From Eledone cirrhosa (lineage: Eukaryota): a stretch of DNA of 64,000 nucleotides. A program made the position numbers and the translations under genes. Below the pieces are notes generated by a model. The model was not told the origin of the DNA. It saw nothing but the letters and a program-made list of their open reading frames with translations, and ran no database searches. Where the stretch lies: contig CAXHJY010000132.1 of assembly GCA_964016885.1 (NCBI GenBank), positions 124,001-188,000 on the forward strand. The letters are read 5' to 3'. This document shows, piece by piece, positions 12,101 to 24,500 of the stretch (position 1 is its first letter; each line of letters begins with the position of its first letter).

Positions 12101-15100
12101 GTTCTTCATCAAGCTATCTTTCTCTACCTTGTCTTCCCTCAAAACGTCGTTCTTAACCAAGCTATCTTTCTCTACCTTGTCTTCCCACAAAACTTCGTTC
12201 TTCATCAAGCTATCTTTCTCTACCTTGTCTTCCCTCAAAACGTCGTTCTTCACCAAGATATCTTTCTCTACCGTGTCTTCCCCCAAAACTTCGTTCTTCA
12301 CCAAGCTATCTTTCTCTACCTTGTCTACCCCCAAAACTTCGTTCTTCACCAAGCTATCTTTCTCTACCCTGTCTTCCCCCAAAACTTCGTTCCTCACCAA
12401 GCTATCTTTCTCTACCTTGTCTTCCCTCAAAACTTCGTTCTTCACCAAGCTATCTTTCTCTACCTTGTCTTCCCTCAAAATTTCGTTCTTCACCAAGCTA
12501 TCTTTCTCTACCTTGTCTTCCCTCAAAACTTCGTTCTTCACCAAGCTATCTTTCCCTACCTTTTTTTCCCCCAAAACTCCCTTCTTCACCAAACTATCTT
12601 TCTCTACCTTGTCTTTCCTCAAAACTTCGTTCTTCACCAAGCTATCTTTCTCTATCTTGTCTTCCCTCAAAACTCCGTTCTTCATCAAGCTATCGTTCTC
12701 TACTTTGTCTTCCCTCGAAACGTCGTTCTTCACCAAGCTATCTTTCTCTACCTTGTCTTCCCTCAAAACTTCGTTCGTTCTTCACCAAGCTATCTTTCTC
12801 TACCTTGTCTTCCCCCAAAACTTCGTTCTTCACAAGCTATCCTTCTCTACCTTGTCTTCCCTCAAAACTTCGTTCTTCACCAAGCTATCTTTCTCTACCT
12901 TGTCTTCCCTCAAAACTTCGTTCTTGATCAAGCTATCTTTCTATTCCTTGTCTTCCCTCAAAACTCCGTTCTTCACCAAGCTATCTTTCTCTACTTTGTC
13001 TTCCCTCAAAACATCGTTCGTTCTTCATCAAGCTATCTTTCTCTATCTTGTCTTCCCTCAAGACTTCGTTCGTCACCAAGCTATCTTTCTCTACATTGTC
13101 TTCCCCCAAAACTTCGTTCTTCATCAAGCTATCTTTCTCTACCTTGTCTTCCCACAAAACGTCGTTCTTCACCAAGCTATCTTTCCCTACCTTGTCTTCC
13201 CTCAAAACGTCGTTCTTCACCAAGCTATCTTTCTCTACCCATTCTTCTCTCAAAACTTCGTTCTTCACCAAGCTCTCTTTCTCTACCTTGTCTTCCCTCA
13301 AAACTTCGTTCTTCACCAGGCTATCTTTCTCAACCCTGTCTTCCCCCAAAACTTCGTTCCTCACCAAGCTATCTTTCTCTACCTTGTCTTCCCTCAAAAC
13401 TTCGTTCTTCACCAAGCTATCTTTCTCTACCTTTTTTTCCCCCAAAACTCCGTTCTTCACCAAACTATCTTTCTCTACGTTGTCTTCCCTCAAAACTTCG
13501 TTCTTCACCAAGCTATCTTTCTCTATCTTGTCTTCCCTCAAAACTCCGTTCTTCATCAAGCTATCGTTCTCTACTTTGTCTTCCCTCGAAACGTCGTTCG
13601 TCACCAAGCTATCTTTCTCTACCTTGTCTTCCCTCAAAACTTCGTTCGTTCTTCACCAAGCTATCTTTCTCTAACTTGTCTTCCCCCAAAACTTCGTTCT
13701 TCACAAGCTATCCTTCTCTACCTTGTCTTCCCTCAAAACTTCGTTCTTCACCAAGCTATCTTTCTCTACCTTGTCTTCCCTCAAAACTTCGTTCTTGATC
13801 AAGCTATCTTTCTATACCTTGTCTTCCATCAAAACTTCGTTCTTCACCAAGCTATCTTTCTCTACCTTGTCTTCCCTCAAAACTTCGTTCTTCACCAAGC
13901 TATCTTTCTCTATCTTGTCTTCCCTCAAAACTCCGTTCTTCATCAAGCTATCGTTCTCTACTTTGTCTTCCCTCAAAACGTCGTTCTTCACCAAGCTATC
14001 TTTCTCTACCTTGTCTTCCCTCAAAACTTCGTTCGTTCTTCACCAAGCTATCTTTCTCTACCTTGTCTTCCCTCAAAACTTCGTTATTCACCAAGCTATC
14101 TTTCTCTACCTTGTCTTCCCTCAAAACTTCGTTCTTCACCAAGCTATCTTTCTCTACCTTGTCTTCCCTCAAAACTTCGTTCTTCACCAAGCTATCTTTC
14201 TCTACCTTGTCTTCCCCCAGAACATCGTTCTTCACCAAGCTATCTTTCTCTACCTTGTCTTCCCTCAAAACTTCGTTATTCACCAAGCTATCTTTCTCTA
14301 CCTTGCCTTCCTGCAAAACTTCGTTCTTCATCAAGCTATCTTTCTCTACTTTGTCTTCCCTCAAAACATCGTTCGTTCTTCATCAAGCTATCTTTCTCTA
14401 CCTTGTCTTCCCTCAAGACTTCGTTCGTCACCAAGCTATCTTTCTCTACATTGTCTTCCCCCAAAACTTCGTTCTTCATCAAGCTATCTTTCTCTACCTT
14501 GTCTTCCCTCAAAACGTCGTTCTTAACCAAGCTATCTTTCTCTACCTTGTCTTCCCACAAAACTTCGTTCTTCATCAAGCTATCTTTCTCTACCTTGTCT
14601 TCCCTCAAAACGTCGTTCTTCACCAAGCTATCTTTCTCTACCTTGTCTTCCCCCAAAACTTCGTTCTTCACCAAGCTATCTTTCTCTACCTTGTCTACCC
14701 CCAAAACTTCGTTCTTCACCAAGCTATCTTTCGCTACCTTGTCTTCCCTCAAAACGTCGTTCTTCACCAAGCTATCTTTCTCTACCCATTCTTCTCTTAA
14801 AACTTCGTTCTTCACCAAGCTATCTTTCTCTACCTTGTCTTCCCTCAAAACTTCGTTCTTGATCAAGCTATCTTTCTATACCTTGTCTTCCATCAAAACT
14901 TCGTTCTTCACCAAGCTATCTTTCTCTACCTTGTCTTCCCTCAAAACGTCGTTCTTCACCAAGCTATCTTTCTCTACCTTGTCTTCCCTCAAAACTTCGT
15001 TCGTTCTTCACCAAGCTATCTTTCTCTACCTTGTCTTCCCTGAAAACTTCGTTATTCACCAAGCTATCTTTCTCTACCTTGTCTTCCCTCAAAACTTCGT

Positions 15101-15470
15101 TCTTCACCAAGCTATCTTTCTCTACCTTGTCTTCCCTCAAAACTTCGTTCTTCACCAAGCTATCTTTCTCTACCTTGTCTTCCCCCAGAACATCGTTCTT
15201 CACCAAGCTATCTTTCTCTACCTTGTCTTCCCTCAAAACTTCGTTATTCACCAAGCTATCTTTCTCTACCTTGCCTTCCTGCAAAACTTCGTTCTTCATC
15301 AAGCTATCTTTCTCTACCTTGTCTTCCCTCAAGACTTCGTTCGTCACCAAGCTATCTTTCTCTACATTGTCTTCCCCCAAAACTTCGTTCTTCATCAAGC
15401 TATCTTTCTCTACCTTGTCTTCCCTCAAAACGTCGTTCTTAACCAAGCTATCTTTCTCTACCTTGTCTTC
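9110..15470. repeat. Higher-order tandem duplication, offset 3286 bp, with a partial further copy from about 16.0 kb
   Basis: ORF pairs 9695/12981, 10526/13812, 10710/13996, 11050/14336 and 11678/14964 are all offset by 3286. Rare variants CAAGATATC...ACCGTGTC and ACTCCCTTC at about 12.25-12.58 kb recur 3822 bp downstream. Boundaries are approximate. Confidence 0.88.
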
Positions 15471-18400
15471 CCTCAAAACGTCGTTCTTCACCAAGCTATC
15501 TTTCTCTACCTTGTCTTCCCTCAAAACTTCGTTCGTTCTTCACCAAGCTATCTTTCTCTACCTTGTCTTCCCTCAAAACTTCGTTATTCACCAAGCTATC
15601 TTTCTCTACCTTGTCTTCCCTCAAAACTTCGTTCTTCACCAAGCTATCTTTCTCTACCTTGTCTTCCCTCAAAACTTCGTTCTTCACCAAGCTATCTTTC
15701 TCTACCTTGTCTTCCCCCAGAACATCGTTCTTCACCAAGCTATCTTTCTCTACCTTGTCTTCCCTCAAAACTCCGTTCTTCATCAAGCTATCGTTCTCTA
15801 GTTTGTCTTCCCTCAAAACGTCGTTCTTCACCAAGCTATCTTTCTCTACCTTGTCTTCCCTCAAAACTTCGTTCGTTCTTCACCAGGCTATCTTTCTCTA
15901 CCCTGTCTTCCCCCAAAACTTCGTTCCTCACCATGCTATCTTTCTCTACCTTGTCTTCCCTCAAATCTTCGTTCTTCACCAAGCTATCTTTCTCTACCTT
16001 GTCTTCCCACAAAACTTCGTTCTTCATCAAGCTATCTTTCTCTACCTTGTCTTCCCTCAAAACGTCGTTCTTCACCAAGATATCTTTCTCTACCGTGTCT
16101 TCCCCCAAAACTTCGTTCTTCACCAAGCTATCTTTCTCTACCTTGTCTACCCCCAAAACTTCGTTCTTCACCAAGCTATCTTTCTCTACCCTGTCTTCCC
16201 CCAAAACTTCGTTCCTCACCAAGCTATCTTTCTCTACCTTGTCTTCCCTCAAAACTTCGTTCTTCACCAAGCTATCTTTCTCTACCTTGTCTTCCCTCAA
16301 AATTTCGTTCTTCACCAAGCTATCTTTCTCTACCTTGTCTTCCCTCAAAACTTCGTTCTTCACCAAGCTATCTTTCCCTACCTTTTTTTCCCCCAAAACT
16401 CCCTTCTTCACCAAACTATCTTTCTCTACCTTGTCTTTCCTCAAAACTTCGTTCTTCACCAAGCTATCTTTCTCTATCTTGTCTTCCCTCAAAACTCCGT
16501 TCTTCATCAAGCTATCGTTCTCTACTTTGTCTTCCCTCGAAACGTCGTTCTTCACCAAGCTATCTTTCTCTACCTTGTCTTCCCTCAAAACTTCGTTCGT
16601 TCTTCACCAAGCTATCTTTCTCTACCTTGTCTTCCCCCAAAACTTCGTTCTTCACAAGCTATCCTTCTCTACCTTGTCTTCCCTCAAAACTTCGTTCTTC
16701 ACCAAGCTATCTTTCTCTACCTTGTCTTCCCTCAAAACTTCGTTCTTGATCAAGCTATCTTTCTATTCCTTGTCTTCCCTCAAAACTCCGTTCTTCACCA
16801 AGCTATCTTTCTCTACTTTGTCTTCCCTCAAAACATCGTTCGTTCTTCATCAAGCTATCTTTCTCTATCTTGTCTTCCCTCAAGACTTCGTTCGTCACCA
16901 AGCTATCTTTCTCTACATTGTCTTCCCCCAAAACTTCGTTCTTCATCAAGCTATCTTTCTCTACCTTGTCTTCCCACAAAACGTCGTTCTTCACCAAGCT
17001 ATCTTTCCCTACCTTGTCTTCCCTCAAAACGTCGTTCTTCACCAAGCTATCTTTCTCTACCCATTCTTCTCTCAAAACATCGTTCTTCACCAAGCTCTCT
17101 TTCTCTACCTTGTCTTCCCTCAAAACTTCGTTCTTCACCAGGCTATCTTTCTCAACCCTGTCTTCCCCCAAAACTTCGTTCCTCACCAAGCTATCTTTCT
17201 CTACCTTGTCTTCCCTCAAAACTTCGTTCTTCACCAAGCTATCTTTCTCTACCTTTTTTTCCCCCAAAACTCCGTTCTTCACCAAACTATCTTTCTCTAC
17301 CTTGTCTTCCCTCAAAACTTCGTTCTTCACCAAGCTATCTTTCTCTACCTTGTCTTCCCTCAAAACTTCGTTCTTGATCAAGCTATCTTTCTATACCTTG
17401 TCTTCCATCAAAACTTCGTTCTTCACCAAGCTATCTTTCTCTACCTTGTCTTCCCTCAAAACTTCGTTCTTCACCAAGCTATCTTTCTCTATCTTGTCTT
17501 CCCTCAAATCTCCGTTCTTCATCAAGCTATCGTTCTCTACTTTGTCTTCCCTCAAAACGTCGTTCTTCACCAAGCTATCTTTCTCTACCTTGTCTTCCCT
17601 CAAAACTTCGTTCGTTCTTCACCAAGCTATCTTTCTCTACCTTGTCTTCCCTCAAAACTTCGTTATTCACCAAGCTATCTTTCTCTACCTTGTCTTCCCT
17701 CAAAACTTCGTTCTTCACCAAGCTATCTTTCTCTACCTTGTCTTCCCTCAAAACTTCGTTCTTCACCAAGCTATCTTTCTCTACCTTGTCTTCCCCCAGA
17801 ACATCGTTCTTCACCAAGCATTCTTTCTCTACCTTCTCTTCCCTCAAAACTTCGTTATTCACCAAGCTATCTTTCTCTACCTTGCCTTCCTGCAAAACTT
17901 CGTTCTTCATCAAGCTATCTTTCTCTACTTTGTCTTCCCTCAAAACATCGTTCGTTCTTCATCAAGCTATCTTTCTCTACCTTGTCTTCCCTCAAGACTT
18001 CGTTCGTCACCAAGCTATCTTTCTCTACATTGTCTTCCCCCAAAACTTCGTTCTTCACCAAGCTATCTTTCTCTACCTTGTCTACCCCCAAAACTTCGTC
18101 TTCACCAAGCTATCTTTCTCTACCTTGTCTTCCCACAAAACTTCGTTCTTCACCAAGCTATCTCTCTCTACCTTGTCTTCCCACAAAACGTCGTTCTTCA
18201 CCAAGCTATCTTTCGCTACCTTGTCTTCCCTCAAAACGTCGTTCTTCACCAAGCTATCTTTCTCTACCCATTCTTCTCTTAAAACTTCGTTCTTCACCAA
18301 GCTCTCTTTCTCTACCTTGTCTTCCCTCAAAACTTCGTTCTTCACCAAGCTATCTTTCTCTACCCTGTCTTCCCCCAAAACTTCGTTCCTCACCAAGCTA

Positions 18401-19109
18401 TCTTTATCTACCTTGTCTTCCCTCAAAACTTCGTTCTTCACCAAGCTATCTTTCTCTACCTTGTCTTCCCTCAAAATTTCGTTCTTCACCAAGCTATCTT
18501 TCTCTACCTTGTCTTCCCTCAAAACTTCGTTCTTCACCAAGCTATCTTTCCCTACCTTTTTTTCCCCCAAAACTCCGTTCTTCACCAAACTATCTTTCTC
18601 TACCTTGTCTTTCCTCAAAACTTCGTTCTTCACCAAGCTATCTTTCTCTATCTTGTCTTCCCTCAAAACTCCGTTCTTCATCAAGCTATCGTTCTCTACT
18701 CTGTCTTCCCTCGAAACGTCGTTCTTCACCAAGCTATCTTTCTCTACCTTGTCTTCCCTCAAAACTTCGTTCGTTCTTCACCAAGCTATCTTTCTCTACC
18801 TTGTCTTCCCCCAAAACTTCGTTCTTCACAAGCTATCATTCTCTACCTTGTCTTCCCTCAAAACTTCGTTCTTCACCAAGCTATCTTTCTCTACTTTGTC
18901 TTCCCTCAAAACTTCGTTCTTGATCAAGCTATCTTTCTATTCCTTGTCTTCCCTCAAAACTTCGTTCTTCACCAAGCTATCTTTCTCTACTTTGTCTTCC
19001 CTCAAAACATCGTTCGTTCTTCATCAAGCTATCTTTCTCTATCTTGTCTTCCCTCAAGACTTCGTTCGTCACCAAGCTATATTTCTCTACATTGTCTTCC
19101 CCCAAAACT

Positions 19110-20440
19110 TCGTTCTTCATCAAGCTATCTTTCTCTACCTTGTCTTCCCACAAAACGTCGTTCTTCACCAAGCTATCTTTCCCTACCTTGTCTTCCCTCA
19201 AAACGTCGTTCTTCACCAAGCTATCTTTCTCTACCCATTCTTCTCTCAAAACTTCGTTCTTCACCAAGCTCTCTTTCTCTACCTTGTCTTCCCTCAAAAC
19301 TTCGTTCTTCACCAGGCTATCTTTCTCAACCCTGTCTTCCCCCAAAACTTCGTTCCTCACCAAGCTATCTTTCTCTACCTTGTCTTCCCTCAAAACTTCG
19401 TTCTTCACCAAGCTATCTTTCTCTACCTTTTTTTCCCCCAAAACTCCGTTCTTCACCAAACTATCTTTCTCTACCTTGTCTTCCCTCAAAACTTCGTTCT
19501 TCACCAAGCTATCTTTCTCTATCTTGTCTTCCCTCAAAACTCCGTTCTTCATCAAGCTATCGTTCTCTACTTTGTCTTCCCTCGAAACGTCGTTCGTCAC
19601 CAAGCTATCTTTCTCTACCTTGTCTTCCCTCAAAACTTCGTTCGTTCTTCACCAAGCTATCTTTCTCTAACTTGTCTTCCCCCAAAACTTCGTTCTTCAC
19701 AAGCTATCCTTCTCTACCTTGTCTTCCCTCAAAACTTCGTTCTTCACCAAGCTATCTTTCTTTACCTTGTCTTCCCCCAAAACTTCGTTCTTCATCAAGC
19801 TATCTTTCTCTACCTTGTCTTCCCACAAAACGTCGTTCTTCACCAAGCTATCTTTCCCTACCTTGTCTTCCCTCAAAACGTCGTTCTTCACCAAGCTATC
19901 TTTCTCTACCCATTCTTCTCTCAAAACTTCGTTCTTCACCAAGCTCTCTTTCTCTACCTTGTCTTCCCTCAAAACTTCGTTCTTCACCAGGCTATCTTTC
20001 TCAACCCTGTCTTCCCCCAAAACTTCGTTCCTCACCAAGCTATCTTTCTCTACCTTGTCTTCCCTCAAAACTTCGTTCTTCACCAAGCTATCTTTCTCTA
20101 CCTTTTTTTGCCCCAAAACTCCGTTCTTCACCAAACTATCTTTCTCTACCTTGTCTTCCCTCAAAACTTCGTTCTTCACCAAGCTATCTTTCTCTATCTT
20201 GTCTTCCCTCAAAACTCCGTTCTTCATCAAGCTATCGTTCTCTACTTTGTCTTCCCTCGAAACGTCGTTCGTCACCAAGCTATCTTTCTCTACCTTGTCT
20301 TCCCTCAAAACTTCGTTCGTTCTTCACCAAGCTATCTTTCTCTAACTTGTCTTCCCCCAAAACTTCGTTCTTCACAAGCTATCCTCCTCTACCTTGTCTT
20401 CCCTCAAAACTTCGTTCTTCACCAAGCTATCTTTCTCTAC
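19110..20440. repeat. Local tandem duplication of 675 bp (14 monomers)
   Basis: ORFs 19044..19670 and 19719..20345 are offset by 675 (14x48+4-1) and show the same order of variants (CCCATTC, CAGGCT/TCAACC, CTCTAACTT). Confidence 0.85.
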
Positions 20441-21599
20441 CTTGTCTTCCCTCAAAACTTCGTTCTTGATCAAGCTATCTTTCTATACCTTGTCTTCCAT
20501 CAAAACTTCGTTCTTCACCAAGCTATCTTTCTCTACCTTGTCTTCCCTCAAAACTTCGTTCTTCACCAAGCTATCTTTCTCTATCTTGTCTTCCCTCAAA
20601 ACTCCGTTCTTCATCAAGCTATCGTTCTCTAGTTTGTCTTCCCTCAAAACGTCGTTCTTCACCAAGCTATCTTTCTCTACCTTGTCTTCCCTCAAAACTT
20701 CGTTCGTTCTTCACCAGGCTATCTTTCTCTACCCTGTCTTCCCCCAAAACTTCGTTCCTCACCATGCTATCTTTCTCTACCTTGTCTTCCCTCAAATCTT
20801 CGTTCTTCACCAAGCTATCTTTCTCTACCTTTTTTTCCCCCAAAACTTCGTTCTTCACCAAACTATCTTTCTCTACCTTCTCTTCCCTCAAAACTTCGTT
20901 CTTCACCAAGCTAACTTTCTCTACCTTGTCTTCCCTCAAAACTTCGTTCTTCATCAAGCAATCTTTCTCTACCTTGTCTTCCCTCAAAACTTCGTTCTTC
21001 ACCAAGCTATCTTTCTCTACCTTGTCTTCCCTCAAAACTTCGTTCTTCACCAAGCTATCTTTCCCTACCTTTTTTTCCCCCAAAACTCCGTTCTTCACCA
21101 AACTATCTTTCTCTACCTTGTCTTCCCTCAAAACTTCGTTCTTCACCAAGCTATCTTTCTCTATCGTGTCTTCCCTCAAAACTCCGTTCTTCATCAAGCT
21201 ATCGTTCTCTACTTTGTCTTCCCTCGAAACGTCGTTCTTCACCAAGCTATCTTTCTCTACCTTGTCTTCCCTCAAAACTTCGTTCGTTCTTCACCAAGAT
21301 ATCTTTCTCTACCTTGTCTTCCCCCAAAACTTCGTTCTTCACAAGCTATCTTTCTATACCTTGTCTTCCCTCAAAACTTCGTTCTTCACCAAGCTATCTT
21401 TCTCTACCTTGTCTTCCCTCAAAACTTCGTTCTTGATCAAGCTATCTTTCTCTACCTTGCATTCCCTCAAAACTTCGTTCTTCACCAAGCTATCTTTCTC
21501 TACCTTGTCTTCCCTCAAAACTTCGTTCTTCACCAAGCTATCTTTCTTTACCTTGTCTTTCCTCAAAACTTCGTTCTTCACCAAGCTATCTTTCTCTAC

Positions 21600-24500
21600 C
21601 TTTTTTCCCCCAAAACTTCGTTCTTCACCAAACTATCTTTCTCTACCTTGTCTTCCCTCAAAACTTCGTTCTTCACCAAGCTAACTTTCTCTATCTTGTC
21701 TTCCCTCAAAACTTCGTTCTTCACCAAGCTATCTTTCTCTACCTTGTCTTCCCCCAAAACATCGTTCTTCACCAAGCTATCTTTCTCTACCTTGTCTTCC
21801 CTCAAAACTTCGTTATTCACCAAGCTATCTTTCTCTACCTTGCCTTCCTGCAAAACTTCGTTCTCCATCAAGCTATCTTTCTCTACCTTGTCTTCCCTCA
21901 AAACTCCGTTCGTTCTTCACCAAGCTATCTTTCTCTACATTGTCTTCCCCCAAAACTTCGTTCTTCACAAGCTATCCTTCTCTACCTTGTCTTCCCTCAA
22001 AACTTCGTTCTTCACCAAGCTATCTTTCTCTACCTTGTCTTCCCTCAAAACTTCGTTCTTCACCAAGCTATCTTTCTCTACTTTGTCTTCCCTCAACACA
22101 TCGTTCGTTCTTCATCAAGCTATCTTTCTCTACCTTGTCTTCCCTCAAGACTTCGTTCGTCACCAAGCTATCTTTCTCTACATTGTCTTCCCCCAAAACT
22201 TCGTTCTTCATCAAGCTATCTTTCTCTACCTTGTCTACCCCCAAAACTTCGTTCTTCACCAAGCTATCTTTCTCTACCTTGTCTTCCCACAAAACTTCGT
22301 TCTTCACCAAGCTATCTTTCTCTACCTTGTCTTCCCACAAAACGTCGTTCTTCACCAAGCTATCTTTCCCTACCTTGTCTTCCCTCAAAACGTCGTTCTT
22401 CACCAAGCTATCTTTCTCTACCCATTCTTCTCTCAAAACTTCGTTCTTCACCAAGCTCTCTTTCTCACCCTTGTCTTCCCTCAAAACTTCGTTCTTCACC
22501 AGGCTATCTTTCTCTACCCTGTCTTCCCCCAAAACTTCGTTCCTCACCAAGCTATCTTTCTCTACCTTCTCTTCCCTCAAAACTTCGTTCTTCACCAAGC
22601 TAACTTTCTCTACCTTGTCTTCCCTCAAAACTTCGTTCTTCATCAAGCAATCTTTCTCTACCTTGTCTTCCCTCAAAACTTCGTTCTTCACCAAGCTATC
22701 TTTCTCTACCTTGTCTTCCCTCAAAACTTCGTTCTTCACCAAGCTATCTTTCCCTACCTTTTTTTCCCCCAAAACTCCGTTCTTCACCAAACTATCTTTC
22801 TCTACCTTGTCTTCCCTCAAAACTTCGTTCTTCACCAAGCTATCTTTCTATATCTTGTCTTCCCTCAAAACTCCGTTCTTCATCAAGCTATCGTTCTCTA
22901 CTTTGTCTTCCCTCGAAACGTCGTTCTTCACCAAGCTATCTTTCTCTACCTTGTCTTCCCTCAAAACTTCGTTCGTTCTTCACCAAGCTATCTTTCTCTA
23001 CCTTGTCTTCCCCCAAAACTTCGTTCTTCACAAGCTATCCTTCTCTACCTTGTCTTCCCTCAAAACTTCGTTCTTCACCAAGCTATCTTTCTCTACCTTG
23101 TCTTCCCTCAAAACTTCGTTCTTGATCAAGCTATCTTTCTATACCTTGTCTTCCATCAAAACTTCGTTCTTCACCAAGCTATCTTTCTCTACCTTGTCTT
23201 CCCTCAAAACTTCGTTCTTGATCAAGCTATCTTTCTATACCTTGTCTTCCCTCAAAACGTCGTTCTTCACCAAGCTATCTTTCTCTACCTTGTCTTCCCT
23301 CAAAACTTCGTTCGTTCTTCACCAAGCTATCTTTCTCTACCTTGTCTTCCCCCAAAACTTCGTTCTTCACAAGCTATCTTTCTCTACCTTGTCTTCCCTC
23401 AAAACTTCGTTCTTGATCAAGCTATCTTTCTCTACCTTGCATTCCCTCAAAACTTCGTTCTTCACCAAGCTATCTTTCCCTACCTTTTTTTCCCCCAAAA
23501 CTCCGTTCTTCACCAAACTATCTTTCTCTACCTTGTCTTCCCTCAAAACTTCGTTCTTCACCAAGCTATCTTTCTCTATCTTGTCTCCAATCAAAACTTC
23601 GTTCTTCACCAAGCTATCTTTCTCTACCTTGTCTTCCCTCAAAACTTCGTTCTTCACCAAGCTATCTTTCCCTACCTTTTTTTCCCCCAAAACTCCGTTC
23701 TTCACCAAACTATCTTTCTCTACCTTGTCTTCCCTCAAAACTTCGTTCTTCACCAAGCTATCTTTCTATACCTTGTCTTCCCTCAAAACTTCGTTCTTCA
23801 CCAAGCTATCTTTCTCTACCTTGTCTTCCCTCAAAACTTCGTTCTTGATCAAGCTATCTTTCTCTACCTTGCATTCCCTCAAAACTTCGTTCTTCACCAA
23901 GCTATCTTTCTCTACCTTGTCTTCCCTCAAAACTTCGTTCTTCACCAAGCTATCTTTCTTTACCTTGTCTTTCCTCAAAACTTCGTTCTTCACCAAGCTA
24001 TCTTTCTCTACCTTTTTTCCCCCAAAACTTCGTTCTTCACCAAACTATCTTTCTCTACCTTGTCTTCCCTCAAAACTTCGTTCTTCACCAAGCTAACTTT
24101 CTCTATCTTGTCTTCCCTCAAAACTTCGTTCTTCACCAAGCTATCTTTCTCTACCTTGTCTTCCCCCAAAACATCGTTCTTCACCAAGCTATCTTTCTCT
24201 ACCTTGTCTACCCCCAAAACTTCGTTCTTCACCAAGCTATCTTTCTCTACCTTGTCTTCCCACAAAACTTCGTTCTTCACCAAGCTATCTTTCTCTACCT
24301 TGTCTTCCCACAAAACGTCGTTCTTCACCAAGCTATCTTTCCCTACCTTGTCTTCCCTCAAAACGTCGTTCTTCACCAAGCTATCTTTCTCTACCCATTC
24401 TTCTCTCAAAACTTCGTTCTTCACCAAGCTCTCTTTCTCACCCTTGTCTTCCCTCAAAACTTCGTTCTTCACCAGGCTATCTTTCTCTACCCTGTCTTCC